Of a stretch of DNA of 64,000 nt, positions 50,829 to 60,977 are shown in pieces. The stretch is from assembly GCA_017991375.1 (NCBI GenBank), contig JAGOQP010000001.1, positions 53,149 to 117,148 of the forward strand, given 5' to 3'. Below the pieces are notes generated by a model. The model was not told the origin of the DNA and did no database searches. It saw only the letters and a program-made list of their open reading frames with translations. The position numbers and the translations under genes were made by a program. How positions within the stretch are numbered: the stretch's first letter is position 1; each line of letters starts with the position of its first letter. The stretch comes from Minisyncoccota bacterium. GTDB lineage: Bacteria; Patescibacteriota; Minisyncoccia; UBA6257; JAGOQP01.

Positions 50829-51815
50829 AGTGATTTTCTTTTCCGTTTTAAAATAGCGTTTGTCTTGAGATTTCAAATATTTTTTCAAACTTTTCCCGAT
50901 TTCTCTTGCCACCGGAACAGTAACGGCATTGCCGAATTGTTTGTAGGATTGAGTCGATGATACGGGGATTTTGAAACTGTCTGGAAATCCTTGAAGCCTC
51001 GCGCATTCTCGCTCCGTCAATTTCCTAACTCCCCACTTGTTAATTGAAACGGGTCGATCCTGAATTAAATTTCTCTCCCTTCCCATGTTTCCGGAAACGA
51101 TCGTATTGGAAACTCCACGGGGATCGAGAACCTCGCACCCGAAACCGCTGCCTTTCATGGAATGTCTTTTTTTGTGAACCAATAGGCCCTCGTAATATCT
51201 TTGAGAAAGATAGTATCTGTCCGGAACCTTTTTTTCGAGAATTTGTTTGAGGAAAATAAACCGAGGATTGCGCACTTTTCGGGGGAAAACAAACTCATCA
51301 TGAGGATTCCTGATTCCCACTATATAGACACGTTCACGATGTTGAGGAACTCCGAAATTTCTCGAATCCACAACCTCCTCGAATATGGTATATCCGTTTC
51401 CCGCATTTTCAAGTGAAGATTTAATGAACTTATACGTTTCTCCTTTCCCGTGCTTCAACAAATTTTTAACATTTTCGAGAACAAACGCGCGCGGCTTTCT
51501 GATATTCAAAAACCTTACAATCTCATTAAAAAGTTTTCCGCGAGGGTCATCCAATCCATCTCTCTTCCCGATCATAGAAAACGGTTGACACGGAAAACCA
51601 GCAAGCAACACGTCGAAATGAGGCAACTTATTCGGATCAACGCGCTTTATATCTTTTTCGTCTATTTCACCGAAATTTGCTCGATATGTTTGGCAGGCAT
51701 AATGATCTATATCATTTGAATAAACCACCTCAAAACCGGCTCTTTCAAAGCCAAGACGCATGCCTCCGATGCCGGCAAAAAGATCGATTGCTTTGTACTC
51801 TTTTGAGGCTTTCAT
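50781..51815 (-). CDS. dcm: DNA (cytosine-5)-methyltransferase
   Basis: Motif I DLFAGIGG, motif IV GFPCQPFS (PCQ catalytic Cys), and motif VI ENVKNL. Convergent with the island operon, overlapping by ~48 bp. Confidence 0.85.
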   Translation of the reverse strand: MKASKEYKAIDLFAGIGGMRLGFERAGFEVVYSNDIDHYACQTYRANFGEIDEKDIKRVDPNKLPHFDVLLAGFPCQPFSMIGKRDGLDDPRGKLFNEIVRFLNIRKPRAFVLENVKNLLKHGKGETYKFIKSSLENAGNGYTIFEEVVDSRNFGVPQHRERVYIVGIRNPHDEFVFPRKVRNPRFIFLKQILEKKVPDRYYLSQRYYEGLLVHKKRHSMKGSGFGCEVLDPRGVSNTIVSGNMGRERNLIQDRPVSINKWGVRKLTERECARLQGFPDSFKIPVSSTQSYKQFGNAVTVPVAREIGKSLKKYLKSQDKRYFKTEKKITLRFSLKSGKFLPRPR

Positions 51816-51879
51816 TATGGTAATTATATCATTTTTCAGATATGTGTTTAAGAAGGTCCGCAACACGGCAAGCACTTAT

Positions 51880-52431
51880 ATTATCGATGTTCAAACAGAT
51901 CGAACGAATTTTCGCTTACTCGGACATGCACAAATGGCGGAACGAACGCGCGGATAGCGGATGAACTTGTGGGGAATAAACTGGTAAAAATAATGAGTTC
52001 TAAAAAACTGTTGTCCGAGCAACTCAATAGGTGGTTCAAAGAAAGAGAGTAAAAGCCAAAAGGAGAAAGGGAAGATATCGAGATTATGGAAAAAGAACTC
52101 GCTAAATCGAGACAGGAATTGGACTGGTATAACAAGGCATACGGAGCGGGATTTTTTTCCATGGAGCAACTCCGAGAATATACAAAAGACGTACAGGAGA
52201 AAACGTCATCGCTGGAGTCCAAAATTGCCGCGTACAAAAGCGAAACAATGCAACCAGAAGCCCTTATAACGTCCCGAATGTTCGAAATCAAGCAATTTGC
52301 CCATGCGGCGACAAAAACCCTCCCTGCCTTGAATTTTATACAGAGAAAAGCCATAGTTGATAATGTTATCGACAAAGTAATCGGGACCAAGACGGAATTG
52401 GAAGTTTTCGGTCATATTCCCGTTGAAAATC
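51880..52431 (+). pseudogene. remnant (C-terminal ~115 aa) of a large serine recombinase/integrase
   Basis: ORF 52086.. encodes a coiled-coil ELDWYNKAYGAGFFSMEQLREYTKDVQEK plus a terminal RKAIVDNVIDKVIGTKTELEVFG, resembling the C-terminal region of large serine recombinases. The catalytic, recombinase and Zn-ribbon domains are absent. Only about 270 bp separates it from dcm. Confidence 0.45.
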
Positions 52432-53481
52432 ATGAGTTACAAACTCTCTATTGGTATTGTGGGGCTTCCAAATGTTGGTAAATCAACGCTTTTTAAAGCG
52501 CTCACTCAAAACGATATTCTTATCGCCAACTATCCCTTTGCCACCATTGACCCCAATGTGGGCATTGTTCCCGTTCCCGACGAACGACTTGATGTTCTTT
52601 TTGATTTGAGCAAGTCGGCAAAAAAAATTCCCGCGGTAGTTGAGTTTTATGACATCGCGGGTTTAGTGAAAGGAGCGAGCCAAGGACAAGGACTGGGCAA
52701 TCAATTTTTATCACACATTCGCGACACCGACGCGATTGTTCAAGTAGTACGTTGTTTTGGTCAAGGAGATATTATCCACGTTGATCAAACAGTTGACCCT
52801 ATACGGGACATCGATACTATAAACACCGAACTAGTTCTGCGGGATCTAGATACGGTACAAAAAAGAGTTGGTAAACTAGAAGGAGAAGCTCGTACGGGTG
52901 ATAAGCATAAAATAAAAGAGTTGGAGCTTATCAAGCATCTAGAGACCTTTCTTCAAAATGGAACGCCGCTCTATATGCTTGAAAAGGACATCATCGAAGA
53001 TAGCGCCGTGCGCTCTCTCAATCTTCTTACCGCAAAAACACAGATATTTTTATTAAATGGAGCAGGGGGTGATATATCCGACGCGCTTAAAGAAAAGATT
53101 CAAAAAGAGTTGAAATCCGATTTTGTGGTGTGTGATCTTGGAGCTGAAATCGATTTGTCCCCACTTATTAAAAAAGCATACAGCGTATTGAATCTTATTA
53201 GCTTCTTTACCACAGGTGAAGATGAGACACGTGCGTGGACTATTATGAATGGATGGAAAGCGCCACAAGCCGCCGGCACCATTCACACCGACTTTGAACA
53301 AAAATTTATTCGTGCCGAAGTTGTTTTCTGGAAAGATTTAGTCGATTCTAGCGGGGCCCATTCGACAGGTTCAGGGCAGCAAAATTGCTGGGTTCAAGCA
53401 AAACAAAAAGGACTTCTGCGTCTTGAGGGGAAAGAATATGTCGTCAAAGATGGCGATGTGATGGTGATTAGGCATGGGTAG
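52432..53481 (+). CDS. ychF: ribosome-binding ATPase YchF (Obg-family GTPase)
   Basis: G1 motif GIVGLPNVGKSTLF, a TGS-like C-terminus (RLEGKEYVVKDGDVMVIRHG). The ORF track starts at 52423, and the start was chosen at MSYKLS. Confidence 0.9.
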   Translation: MSYKLSIGIVGLPNVGKSTLFKALTQNDILIANYPFATIDPNVGIVPVPDERLDVLFDLSKSAKKIPAVVEFYDIAGLVKGASQGQGLGNQFLSHIRDTDAIVQVVRCFGQGDIIHVDQTVDPIRDIDTINTELVLRDLDTVQKRVGKLEGEARTGDKHKIKELELIKHLETFLQNGTPLYMLEKDIIEDSAVRSLNLLTAKTQIFLLNGAGGDISDALKEKIQKELKSDFVVCDLGAEIDLSPLIKKAYSVLNLISFFTTGEDETRAWTIMNGWKAPQAAGTIHTDFEQKFIRAEVVFWKDLVDSSGAHSTGSGQQNCWVQAKQKGLLRLEGKEYVVKDGDVMVIRHG

Positions 53482-53563
53482 TGAGAAGTGGTAAGTGCAC
53501 AAGTGATCAGTGGGGAAGAGGTAGATATATTCACTCATCACTATTCACTAATCGCTAATCACT
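53481..53563. repeat. family-B inverted-repeat element (GTGATTAGTGA type)
   Basis: Left arm agtggtaagtgcacaagtgatcagtgg and right arm cactcatcactattcactaatcgctaatcact, separated by a 16-bp spacer. Confidence 0.5.
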
Positions 53564-55106
53564 GTTTATTGTTCTCTGGTTCTAAAAAGAACACGACGCC
53601 GTCAGTAGGGGATGGAATTGTATCGGTGCTTGTTACGTAAATAATATTTTTTTGCTTTTGTTTTTCGGGTGTAAATGAATCGGTAATAAACATTATTGTT
53701 TGCGATGGCATAGGAATGCCGCGCACGTCAACACCACCTGTGTTTACCACGATATACTTTTTGATAGCAGGAGATAACTCGTTTACGGCTCTTCCCAGTT
53801 GTACGTAACGAACAGCAAACGCATCCTGCGTATTTTGGTTTTTTCTCCAAGCATGATGGTACATAATGTATGTGTGCGTAACCAGTGATATGCCTATACA
53901 CACGAGCGCAAGCGCGAGTGCTTTTTTAGAAAGCACTAACTGAGCGTGTCCAATAACCCAATCAGCTCCCAAGGCCGCGAGTATCATTGCGGGGGGGATC
54001 ATCAAAATAGAACGTAATGCGTGGGGGATTCCCTCGTTTGAAAGTACTACTGGTAAAAAAGCAACCGCGAGCCACACTAAAGAAATAATTCCCGCATATG
54101 TCCGTTCATCTTTTGTGTGTGTTGTTTTGTCCCTCTTTCTGAATAAAAGAAAAAGTGCGTATATTATTCCTATACCAAAACAAATTGCCACCGGCCATGC
54201 GAGTTGAGCGGAGCCAGAAAGATTGTGTCTCCAGTTATAATCACCGTCAACAAAAAACATTCCAACGGTTTTGAATGTGTTTTGAGCAAGATTGAGTAGG
54301 GGAGACGATCCATCAAAGACAGAAACTTGAGTAGTGCGTCCCATAAAATCGGCAGGATGTTTTGCAAAATACCACCCTAGTGGAGCGAATACAACAATAG
54401 CAGCAATGATATACAGGATAAAATAGGGCAACATCTTTTTTAACGGAGCACGGTAACACCATGCAAAAAGAAATAACGCGGCGATTATAATAAGTGGCGT
54501 TGCTCTGTACGCGATGTACGAATGCATGCCAAGGCCGTAAAGAATGCCACCTAGGAGAGCGTATAGTGTATGGCGCAGGTTATTGGTCGTTGGTGGTTGG
54601 CTGTTTGTTCCCAGTGTTTTTATCAAAAAATAGAGCCCCCACGCCATAAACGCGGGAGCCATAATCGCGCGAAATCCAATGCGTGAAAAATTGATATGCC
54701 AAAAACTTGTTGCGATAAAAAACATCGCAAGTAATGCAACACGTTTTGCATACGGATATCGTTCGAGTAACACCAATGTAAGCATGTAGACACCAATTAC
54801 AGTCAGTAGTCCAAAAAACACGCTCACTGATCGTAGTACCCACGGCTCGTTGAGGTTTGTCGCGTTAAGCGCGATTGCTTGTAGGTTTATAAAAAAACCT
54901 TCACGGCCATTGTTTTCAGGATAAAATACTTTGTAGTTTCCAGTAGCTATCGCTTCGAGCGCGTTGTTTCCGTTCATCGCTTCGTCTGGATAGAGTCCCG
55001 GAGGCGTAGTGGGTAGATTGTACGCGCGCAGAAACAATGCTATACTAGCAATAAGAATAAAAAGTCCATATCGTGCAAAGAACGCACGGATGTGTGTGGT
55101 AATCAT
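53559..55106 (-). CDS. GT-C family integral-membrane glycosyltransferase (ArnT/PMT-like), second paralog
   Basis: Multi-TM protein whose early loop carries LYPDEAMNGNNA. The ORF opens at 55289, and the start was chosen at MITTHIRAFF. Confidence 0.55.
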   Translation of the reverse strand: MITTHIRAFFARYGLFILIASIALFLRAYNLPTTPPGLYPDEAMNGNNALEAIATGNYKVFYPENNGREGFFINLQAIALNATNLNEPWVLRSVSVFFGLLTVIGVYMLTLVLLERYPYAKRVALLAMFFIATSFWHINFSRIGFRAIMAPAFMAWGLYFLIKTLGTNSQPPTTNNLRHTLYALLGGILYGLGMHSYIAYRATPLIIIAALFLFAWCYRAPLKKMLPYFILYIIAAIVVFAPLGWYFAKHPADFMGRTTQVSVFDGSSPLLNLAQNTFKTVGMFFVDGDYNWRHNLSGSAQLAWPVAICFGIGIIYALFLLFRKRDKTTHTKDERTYAGIISLVWLAVAFLPVVLSNEGIPHALRSILMIPPAMILAALGADWVIGHAQLVLSKKALALALVCIGISLVTHTYIMYHHAWRKNQNTQDAFAVRYVQLGRAVNELSPAIKKYIVVNTGGVDVRGIPMPSQTIMFITDSFTPEKQKQKNIIYVTSTDTIPSPTDGVVFFLEPENNKQ

Positions 55107-55115
55107 AAAAAATGT

Positions 55116-55520
55116 ATGGATGCTACTATTTCCCATAATATCAATTATCCAGAAATCGCTCAAGCGATTGATCAGACGCGTTCTCGTCGGCCGGAGCTCA
55201 AGGAACTTTCTGATAAGGAAGTACTTACCCATGTTATTAAAGAACATCCGGCGGCATCTTCCATTCCTGTTACTTCTGTTATGGAGCACTCTCCATCAGA
55301 AAACAAAAAAACTGAAATGGACGTGCTTCCAGAATACGCGCACGATGCTCCCGACGCCATTAAACGTATAGTTGAATCACTGGTGAGCGAGACACTAGAA
55401 AAGGGATTGCTTCATGGACTCTCTCTAGCGCGCAAACAAGATCCGATGATATTGGATATGTTTCATGACGCGCTTGCTGATAAAATGATTGAACATATGC
55501 GCGCGCGCAAATTGCTTTAG
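55116..55520 (+). CDS. hypothetical protein
   Basis: About 135-aa acidic ORF, divergent from the GT-C gene. Confidence 0.3.
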   Translation: MDATISHNINYPEIAQAIDQTRSRRPELKELSDKEVLTHVIKEHPAASSIPVTSVMEHSPSENKKTEMDVLPEYAHDAPDAIKRIVESLVSETLEKGLLHGLSLARKQDPMILDMFHDALADKMIEHMRARKLL

Positions 55521-55526
55521 GTTGTT

Positions 55527-57905
55527 ATGATGATCGTTGGCATTACAGGTGCAGTGGTTGTGGTAATGGCGCTTATAGCGTGGCTGTTTGTTGTACTCGC
55601 GCGATCAACGCGTCTGTCTGGAGCTCGACAGTCGCTTGATATGAAGCTTTTACTTATTCGACTGCCTCAGCCACAATCCAAAGATCAACCTAGTGGGTTT
55701 AAAGACGAAATTAACAAATCGGAACAGTTGTGGGCTATTTTGGCATCCTTGCCGGAATTGTCATCGCTTGAAGTTGCCGTATCTCACGTTGGGGAAGAAA
55801 TTCTTTTTTATTTGGCTGTTCCCGCGTCGAGTGTTGAATCGGTGAGCCGTCAGATAGAGGGATTGTTTAAGGATGCTCAGGTAACGCATGCGCGCGAATA
55901 TAATATTTTCCAACCAAACGGCGCTCATGTGGGCTTTTACATCACTCAAGACAAACACTACTCATTGCCATTTCGCACGTATCTTGAATCCGAGTTGGAT
56001 ACCTTTTCTCCAATCGTGAGCGGCCTTTCTAAAATTAATGAGATCGGTGAAGGAGCAGTGCTCCAAATTCTTATTAAAAAGGCGCCAGATTTTTATAAAA
56101 AAAATATCTTTTCGCTCATTAACGAATTGCGCAAAGGAGCAAGCTTCAAAAAACTCACTGATCAAAAATTAATTAGCGCGGAAGATGTCGCGTTGTTTTT
56201 CAAACCAGCCGAATCTCAAACATCAGACAGTCAAAAAGAAGAGAAAGTTTCCATTGTGGATCAAGAGTCCATAAAAATGTTGGAGAAAAAGGTTTCAAAA
56301 CCATTACTATGCGCGAATTATCGTATTTTAGTATCAACCACCAATCCGACTCAAACTGAATCTATTGCCCAGGGTATTGTAAATGGATTTTCTCAATTTG
56401 ATGCTCCATTGCGCAATAAAGTATCAGTGGTAAAAGTAAAAAACTTCCAAAAGTTTTCGTATCAGTATACTTTCAGAGAGTTTGACACAGCGCGCGCATT
56501 GGTGCTTAACACTGAAGAATTAGCGAGTATGTTTCATCTGCCTACGTCCACCACGCTTTCGCCTCGTATCAAGTGGCTTAGATCAAAAGAGGCGCCCCCG
56601 CCAGCAGATTTGCCGACTCAAGGTACTAAAATAGGGAGTAGCTTCTACAAAGGCATTTCAAAACCCATCTACATTACCGACGAAGATAAACGCCGTCACG
56701 TGTATGTGATTGGACAGACCGGGACAGGTAAAACATCATTGGTGGTGAATATGGCACTTGATGATATTCGTCGCGGTAATGGGGTAGCAATTATGGATCC
56801 ACATGGGGAACTTGCGGAGAAATTGCTCGGGCTCGTTCCCAAGGAACGACTTGATGACGTTATTTATTTTGATCCGGGGTTTATGCAACGGCCGATTGGA
56901 CTTAACATGCTTGAATACGATTTTGATAAACCTGAGCAAAAGACATTCATCGTAAACGAACTACTCAGTATTTTTGACAAACTATATGATCTTAAAACAA
57001 CTGGCGGTCCCATGTTTGAAATGTATATGCGTAACGCGCTTTTGCTTCTTATGGAAGATGCACGAAACGAGCCAGCAACGCTTATGGAGGTTCCGCGTAT
57101 TTTTACCGACGCTGAGTTTCGCAATCGTAAACTAGAACGTGTTTCAAACCCCGTGGTGGTTGATTTCTGGACCAAAGAAGCGGTGAAGGTTGGTGGTGAG
57201 GCATCGCTTTCTAACATGGCGCCGTACATTACTTCAAAATTCAACAATTTTATTGCTAACGATTATATGCGCCCGATCGTGGGACAGATTCACTCAACGC
57301 TCAACTTTAGGCGCATTATGGACGAGAAGAAAATTTTGCTCATTAATCTTGCCAAAGGGCGCGTGGGGGAGATAAATTCAAATCTACTTGGAATGATTAT
57401 TATCGGGAAAATACTTATGGCGGCGTTTTCGCGCATTGACGTTCCCGATGCTCAGCGCAACGACTTTAATTTATACATTGATGAGTTTCAGAACTTTAGT
57501 ACCGACTCGATCGCCTCTATCCTTTCAGAAGCGCGTAAGTTCCATCTTAATCTTATTGTGGTTCATCAATACATCAAGCAACTTACGGAAAAGATACGAG
57601 ATGCGGTATTTGGGAACGTGGGGTCTATTATTTCTTTGCGTGTGGGGCCAGAAGACGCGGATTTTTTGATAAAACAATTTGAGCCCGTCTTTTCTCAGAA
57701 CGATTTAATGAGCTTGGATAATTTCAACGCATGCGCCAAAGTGCTTATTAACGGGCAAACATCTCGTCCATTTAACATCGTTACACCGACATATCCCGCG
57801 TTTGACACAACGGCGATCGATAAAATGAAAGAGCTGTCTTTCTTAAAATATGGAACAGACAGAGCTGTTGTTGAGCGTGATATTCTCACTCGTTTGCGGG
57901 ATTGA
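55527..57905 (+). CDS. membrane-anchored FtsK/HerA/VirD4-TraD-superfamily P-loop ATPase (DUF87/T4SS coupling-protein-like)
   Basis: N-terminal TM (IVGITGAVVVVMALIAWLFVVLA), Walker A GQTGTGKTS, Walker B region LYIDEFQNF, 792 aa. Confidence 0.5.
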   Translation: MMIVGITGAVVVVMALIAWLFVVLARSTRLSGARQSLDMKLLLIRLPQPQSKDQPSGFKDEINKSEQLWAILASLPELSSLEVAVSHVGEEILFYLAVPASSVESVSRQIEGLFKDAQVTHAREYNIFQPNGAHVGFYITQDKHYSLPFRTYLESELDTFSPIVSGLSKINEIGEGAVLQILIKKAPDFYKKNIFSLINELRKGASFKKLTDQKLISAEDVALFFKPAESQTSDSQKEEKVSIVDQESIKMLEKKVSKPLLCANYRILVSTTNPTQTESIAQGIVNGFSQFDAPLRNKVSVVKVKNFQKFSYQYTFREFDTARALVLNTEELASMFHLPTSTTLSPRIKWLRSKEAPPPADLPTQGTKIGSSFYKGISKPIYITDEDKRRHVYVIGQTGTGKTSLVVNMALDDIRRGNGVAIMDPHGELAEKLLGLVPKERLDDVIYFDPGFMQRPIGLNMLEYDFDKPEQKTFIVNELLSIFDKLYDLKTTGGPMFEMYMRNALLLLMEDARNEPATLMEVPRIFTDAEFRNRKLERVSNPVVVDFWTKEAVKVGGEASLSNMAPYITSKFNNFIANDYMRPIVGQIHSTLNFRRIMDEKKILLINLAKGRVGEINSNLLGMIIIGKILMAAFSRIDVPDAQRNDFNLYIDEFQNFSTDSIASILSEARKFHLNLIVVHQYIKQLTEKIRDAVFGNVGSIISLRVGPEDADFLIKQFEPVFSQNDLMSLDNFNACAKVLINGQTSRPFNIVTPTYPAFDTTAIDKMKELSFLKYGTDRAVVERDILTRLRD

Positions 57906-58299
57906 TATGCGTTTTGGGCAAAAATAACCAGTGGCGGATTGACACCGACGGGGTTTGTTTCGTATGGTATATGCAGAGCGTGAAAATAGTGATTAGTGCG
58001 GCGTGATGCGAATTCGCCGCGGCGAACTAACGCGTGCGATGGTACGAATAGTTGCTAATTGAGATAACCGATTAACTAACCATCATTCGAGAAGCTCAAA
58101 ACAGGTCGCAGTTCTGGTTAATGACTAAGGATGAAAGATTAATGATTCTATCTCTTTTTGCCATTCGTTGTAAGTTGTCTGTTGTCGGTTATTGGTGAGC
58201 CATGCCAATGTAGCTTCCTCCCTCGTCCATTTGGAATGAACTTCGAACGGACGCGGCAGCTGGTTTTATTAGTAGTTAGTTGTAAGTCGTTAGTTATAT

Positions 58300-58372
58300 G
58301 CCAATGTAGCTCAGCTGGTAGAGCAATGCTTTCGTAAAGCATGGGTCGGAGGTTCGAATCCTCTCATTGGCT
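58300..58372 (+). tRNA. tRNA-Thr (anticodon CGT)
   Basis: Cloverleaf folded by hand. Acceptor gccaatg/cattggc, D-arm gctc-agctggtag-agc, anticodon stem atgct/agcat, loop ttCGTaa, T-arm ggagg-ttcgaat-cctct. No CCA is encoded. Confidence 0.85.
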
Positions 58373-58376
58373 CTCT

Positions 58377-59457
58377 ATGATTGAAAAAGAGTATCAGATC
58401 AAATTAAAAGAGTTATCAGAACGCCTTCGCACTCTCGAGGGCTGGCTTTGACGTCTCAAGTAAGGAAAATCGGATAAAAGAAATTGAGTTTCAGCTTCAA
58501 GACGCCGATTTGTGGAAAAAGCCAAAAGACGCGGAACTCATTCTAAAAGAAATGGGGGAGACGCAATCGCTTTTGAGCGCGGTGCGTTTGGCAAATGAGC
58601 GATTGCAAAAACTTATTACTGATTCAAGCATCCCCAATGATGACGAAGTGTTTTCTGTTGAGCGGAGTATTAAACAATTAGAAATAAAACGTCTTTTTGG
58701 TGGGAAATGGGATAGCCATAGCACGGTTATATCCATTTCTGCGGGAGCGGGAGGGCAAGACGCGGCTGATTGGGTGCACATGTTGTTTTTAATGTATCAA
58801 CACTACGCCCAACGGCAAGGTTGGGGTGTTTCGGTTGTTGACCGCGTTGAAGATACATTTCAATCAAAAACGGGAAGACGTCCGCTCAAGCATATTACGT
58901 TTGATGTGGAGGGAAAGTACGCGTTTGGATACTTAAAAAAAGAGAGTGGCGTTCATCGGTTGGTGCGTGTTTCTCCTTTTTCGTCTCAGCAATTGCGTCA
59001 TACTTCATTTGCGCTTGTTGAGGTACTGCCGCGCATAGAGGAAACAACGCTTGCGATAAACGAGTCAGATTTGAAAGTCGAGTTTTTTAGATCATCGGGG
59101 CCTGGTGGACAAAACGTAAATAAAGTTGAGACGGCGGTTCGAGTTGTACACGTTCCCACGGGACTTACTGCTTCGTCTCAAGTTGAACGATCTCAAGCTC
59201 AAAACAGAGAGCACGCACTTCATATACTAGAGGCAAAACTCATTCAACTCATGGAAAAAGAACGCGTTCAAGAATTAGGCAATTTGAAAACAAATGCAAA
59301 ACCGGAGTGGGGGAGTCAAATTCGTTCGTATGTGTTAAATCCCTATAAATTGGTTAAAGATCATCGCACCGAATATGAAACAACACAAGTTGATCGAGTA
59401 CTTGAAGAGGGAGATTTGGATGGATTTGTGGAAGCAGAGCTGGTTAGTAGTGAGTAG
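58377..59457 (+). CDS. prfB: peptide chain release factor 2 with programmed +1 frameshift
   Basis: ORF 1 is MIEKEYQIKLKELSERLRTLEGWL and ends at CTT TGA C (58446-58452), preceded by a GAGGG Shine-Dalgarno-like element. The +1 frame continues into the RF2 body (SPFSSQQLRHTSFALVEV..., GGQ motif SGPGGQNVNK). The feature is two segments, 58377..58448 and 58450..59457. Confidence 0.88.
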
Positions 59458-59530
59458 TGGTAAGTGATTAGCTAGTGAGTAATAGAAAGATGCGGGGCGA
59501 GAGGCATGTTCACTAGTCACTAATTGCTAT
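59452..59530. repeat. family-B inverted-repeat element
   Basis: Left arm tagtggtaagtgattagctagtgagtaatag, right arm cactagtcactaattgctattagcc. Confidence 0.5.
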
Positions 59531-59540
59531 TAGCCATCCA

Positions 59541-59570
59541 TTGACAGAATTAGTGATACTATGCTATAAT
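59541..59570 (+). promoter_or_regulatory. near-consensus sigma-70 promoter (TTGACA-18-TATAAT)
   Basis: ttgacagaattagtgatactatgctataat. It predicts a transcript start around 59578. Confidence 0.55.
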
Positions 59571-59577
59571 ACCTGTG

Positions 59578-60165
59578 CCCGTGAAATTAAGCCTTAAGGG
59601 GTTTATTCGTGGGAATCAGCACCCTAAAACGTAGTAAAAGAAACAGCTCAGGTAAAAAACGTAGTAAAACCAAGGGCTTGATCTCGCGGTGAGATCAGGG
59701 GGTCGCGCTTACAGTGACCCAATACCACTCTTGGAGCCGGGCCTTTCTCGGGACATATCCCGAAAGCGGAGGACCCATGCCAGTGTGCGATAATCTGGTA
59801 TTCTCTACCGGACTACGGGCTCGATGATGTGGAGGAACACTCCGCGGAGAGGGGTGCTTGGTCAAGCACTCGTTCAGTTCCGGCCGGTCCTTAGGTAAAG
59901 GATCGGAGGGGCATCGGTCATCCTCGCATTTTCGCGAGATATCGCCGAGAAGCCCTTCTCCCTACCCCGTCGGCATACACTGGGAGTATAGAGAGAGTAT
60001 CGGCGCGTTATTTGGGATACGTCCCAGAGAGGCGTGACTGGCTCACTCTACCCAATGTCACTACCGATAAGAACGGGAAATCGTTTTTTTGTAGTACCTT
60101 TTTTGTGACGCCCTTTTTTGCAGTCGGGGCCCCACGCAACGCGCGCGGAGGCCCCTTTTCTTTTT
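59578..60165 (+). ncRNA. candidate ~500-590-nt structured non-coding RNA (identity unresolved; RNase P RNA-like motifs present, best in antisense)
   Basis: No ORF longer than 65 aa in about 760 bp. GC is visibly higher than the flanks. A consensus promoter lies upstream, and T-runs plus a strong terminator (ggggcc...ggcccc then tttt) lie at 60083-60165. The minus-sense strand contains GAGAAAGGCCCGGCUCCAAGAG (CR-I-like) and ACGAAUAAACCCC..GGCUUAAUUUCAC (CR-V/P1-like). Confidence 0.4.
60126..60165 (+). terminator. rho-independent terminator upstream of ftsE
   Basis: ggggcc-ccacgcaacgcgcgcgga-ggcccc followed by ttttcttttt. Confidence 0.6.
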
Positions 60166-60248
60166 CAACAGAGGATGTGGCTTTGTCTTCTGTTGCATGT
60201 TATACTTAATGGCAATAATGGATGGCCATTTTTTGTTGCTTATTTTTT

Positions 60249-60941
60249 ATGATTATCTTTCAAGGAGTCACGAAAACATATAAAAGCAATGGGCATACGC
60301 TTGTTGCGTTGGATGATGTTACTATAAAAATAAATCCAAAGGAGTTTGTATCGCTTGTAGGACGATCGGGCGCGGGAAAATCCACTCTTATTAAATTGCT
60401 TATTGGAGAAGAAAGACCAACGTCAGGGCGTATTATTTTTGGTTCATATGATGTTACGCGACTCAAAACAAATGAGCTTTATAAAATGCGGCGTCATATT
60501 GGAACTATCTTTCAAGATTTTAAATTACTTCCAGAAAAGACCGCCTTTGAAAATGTCGCGTTTGCTCTTGAGGCAGCCGGCCGCCCAGAGGGGGAAATAC
60601 TGGAGTTTGTTCCTAAGGCGCTGGAAATGGTTGGTCTTTCAAGTAAGGCGGATAATTTTCCCAAAGAACTTTCTGGTGGAGAAAAGCAACGGGTGGCAAT
60701 CGCGCGGGCGATGATTAACAATCCCGATGTTATTATTGCTGATGAGCCCACAGGGAATTTGGATCCAATTAACACTGCCGAAATTATTAAGCTCCTTCTT
60801 AAGATCAACGAATTGGGAACAACTATTATCTTGGCAACGCACGATAAAGATGTTATTGACGCGGTTAATCGGCGGGTTATTAGCTTGGAAGATGGACGTA
60901 TAATCCGCGACGAAGAAGAAGGAAAGTATGTGCTATTTTAA
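60249..60941 (+). CDS. ftsE: cell-division ABC transporter ATP-binding protein FtsE
   Basis: Walker A GRSGAGKST, ABC signature LSGGEKQRVAIARA, Walker B IIADEPTGNLD. Confidence 0.9.
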   Translation: MIIFQGVTKTYKSNGHTLVALDDVTIKINPKEFVSLVGRSGAGKSTLIKLLIGEERPTSGRIIFGSYDVTRLKTNELYKMRRHIGTIFQDFKLLPEKTAFENVAFALEAAGRPEGEILEFVPKALEMVGLSSKADNFPKELSGGEKQRVAIARAMINNPDVIIADEPTGNLDPINTAEIIKLLLKINELGTTIILATHDKDVIDAVNRRVISLEDGRIIRDEEEGKYVLF

Positions 60942-60977
60942 CTAACCACTGACCACTAACTACTAATCACTATCGTC

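Larger units (their letters stand above)
45421..52465. mobile_element. ~7-kb integrated genomic island bounded by direct repeats duplicating the 5' end of ychF
   Basis: The 17-bp repeat aaactctctattggtat occurs at 45421-45437 and 52443-52459, about 23 bp with 21 matches when extended. Both copies follow an ATG and encode the same peptide ...KLSIGIVG. A serine-recombinase remnant abuts the right end. The cargo is RNase H, a GHKL ATPase, a DnaA-dIV/sigma-r4 protein and a Dcm methyltransferase. Confidence 0.6.
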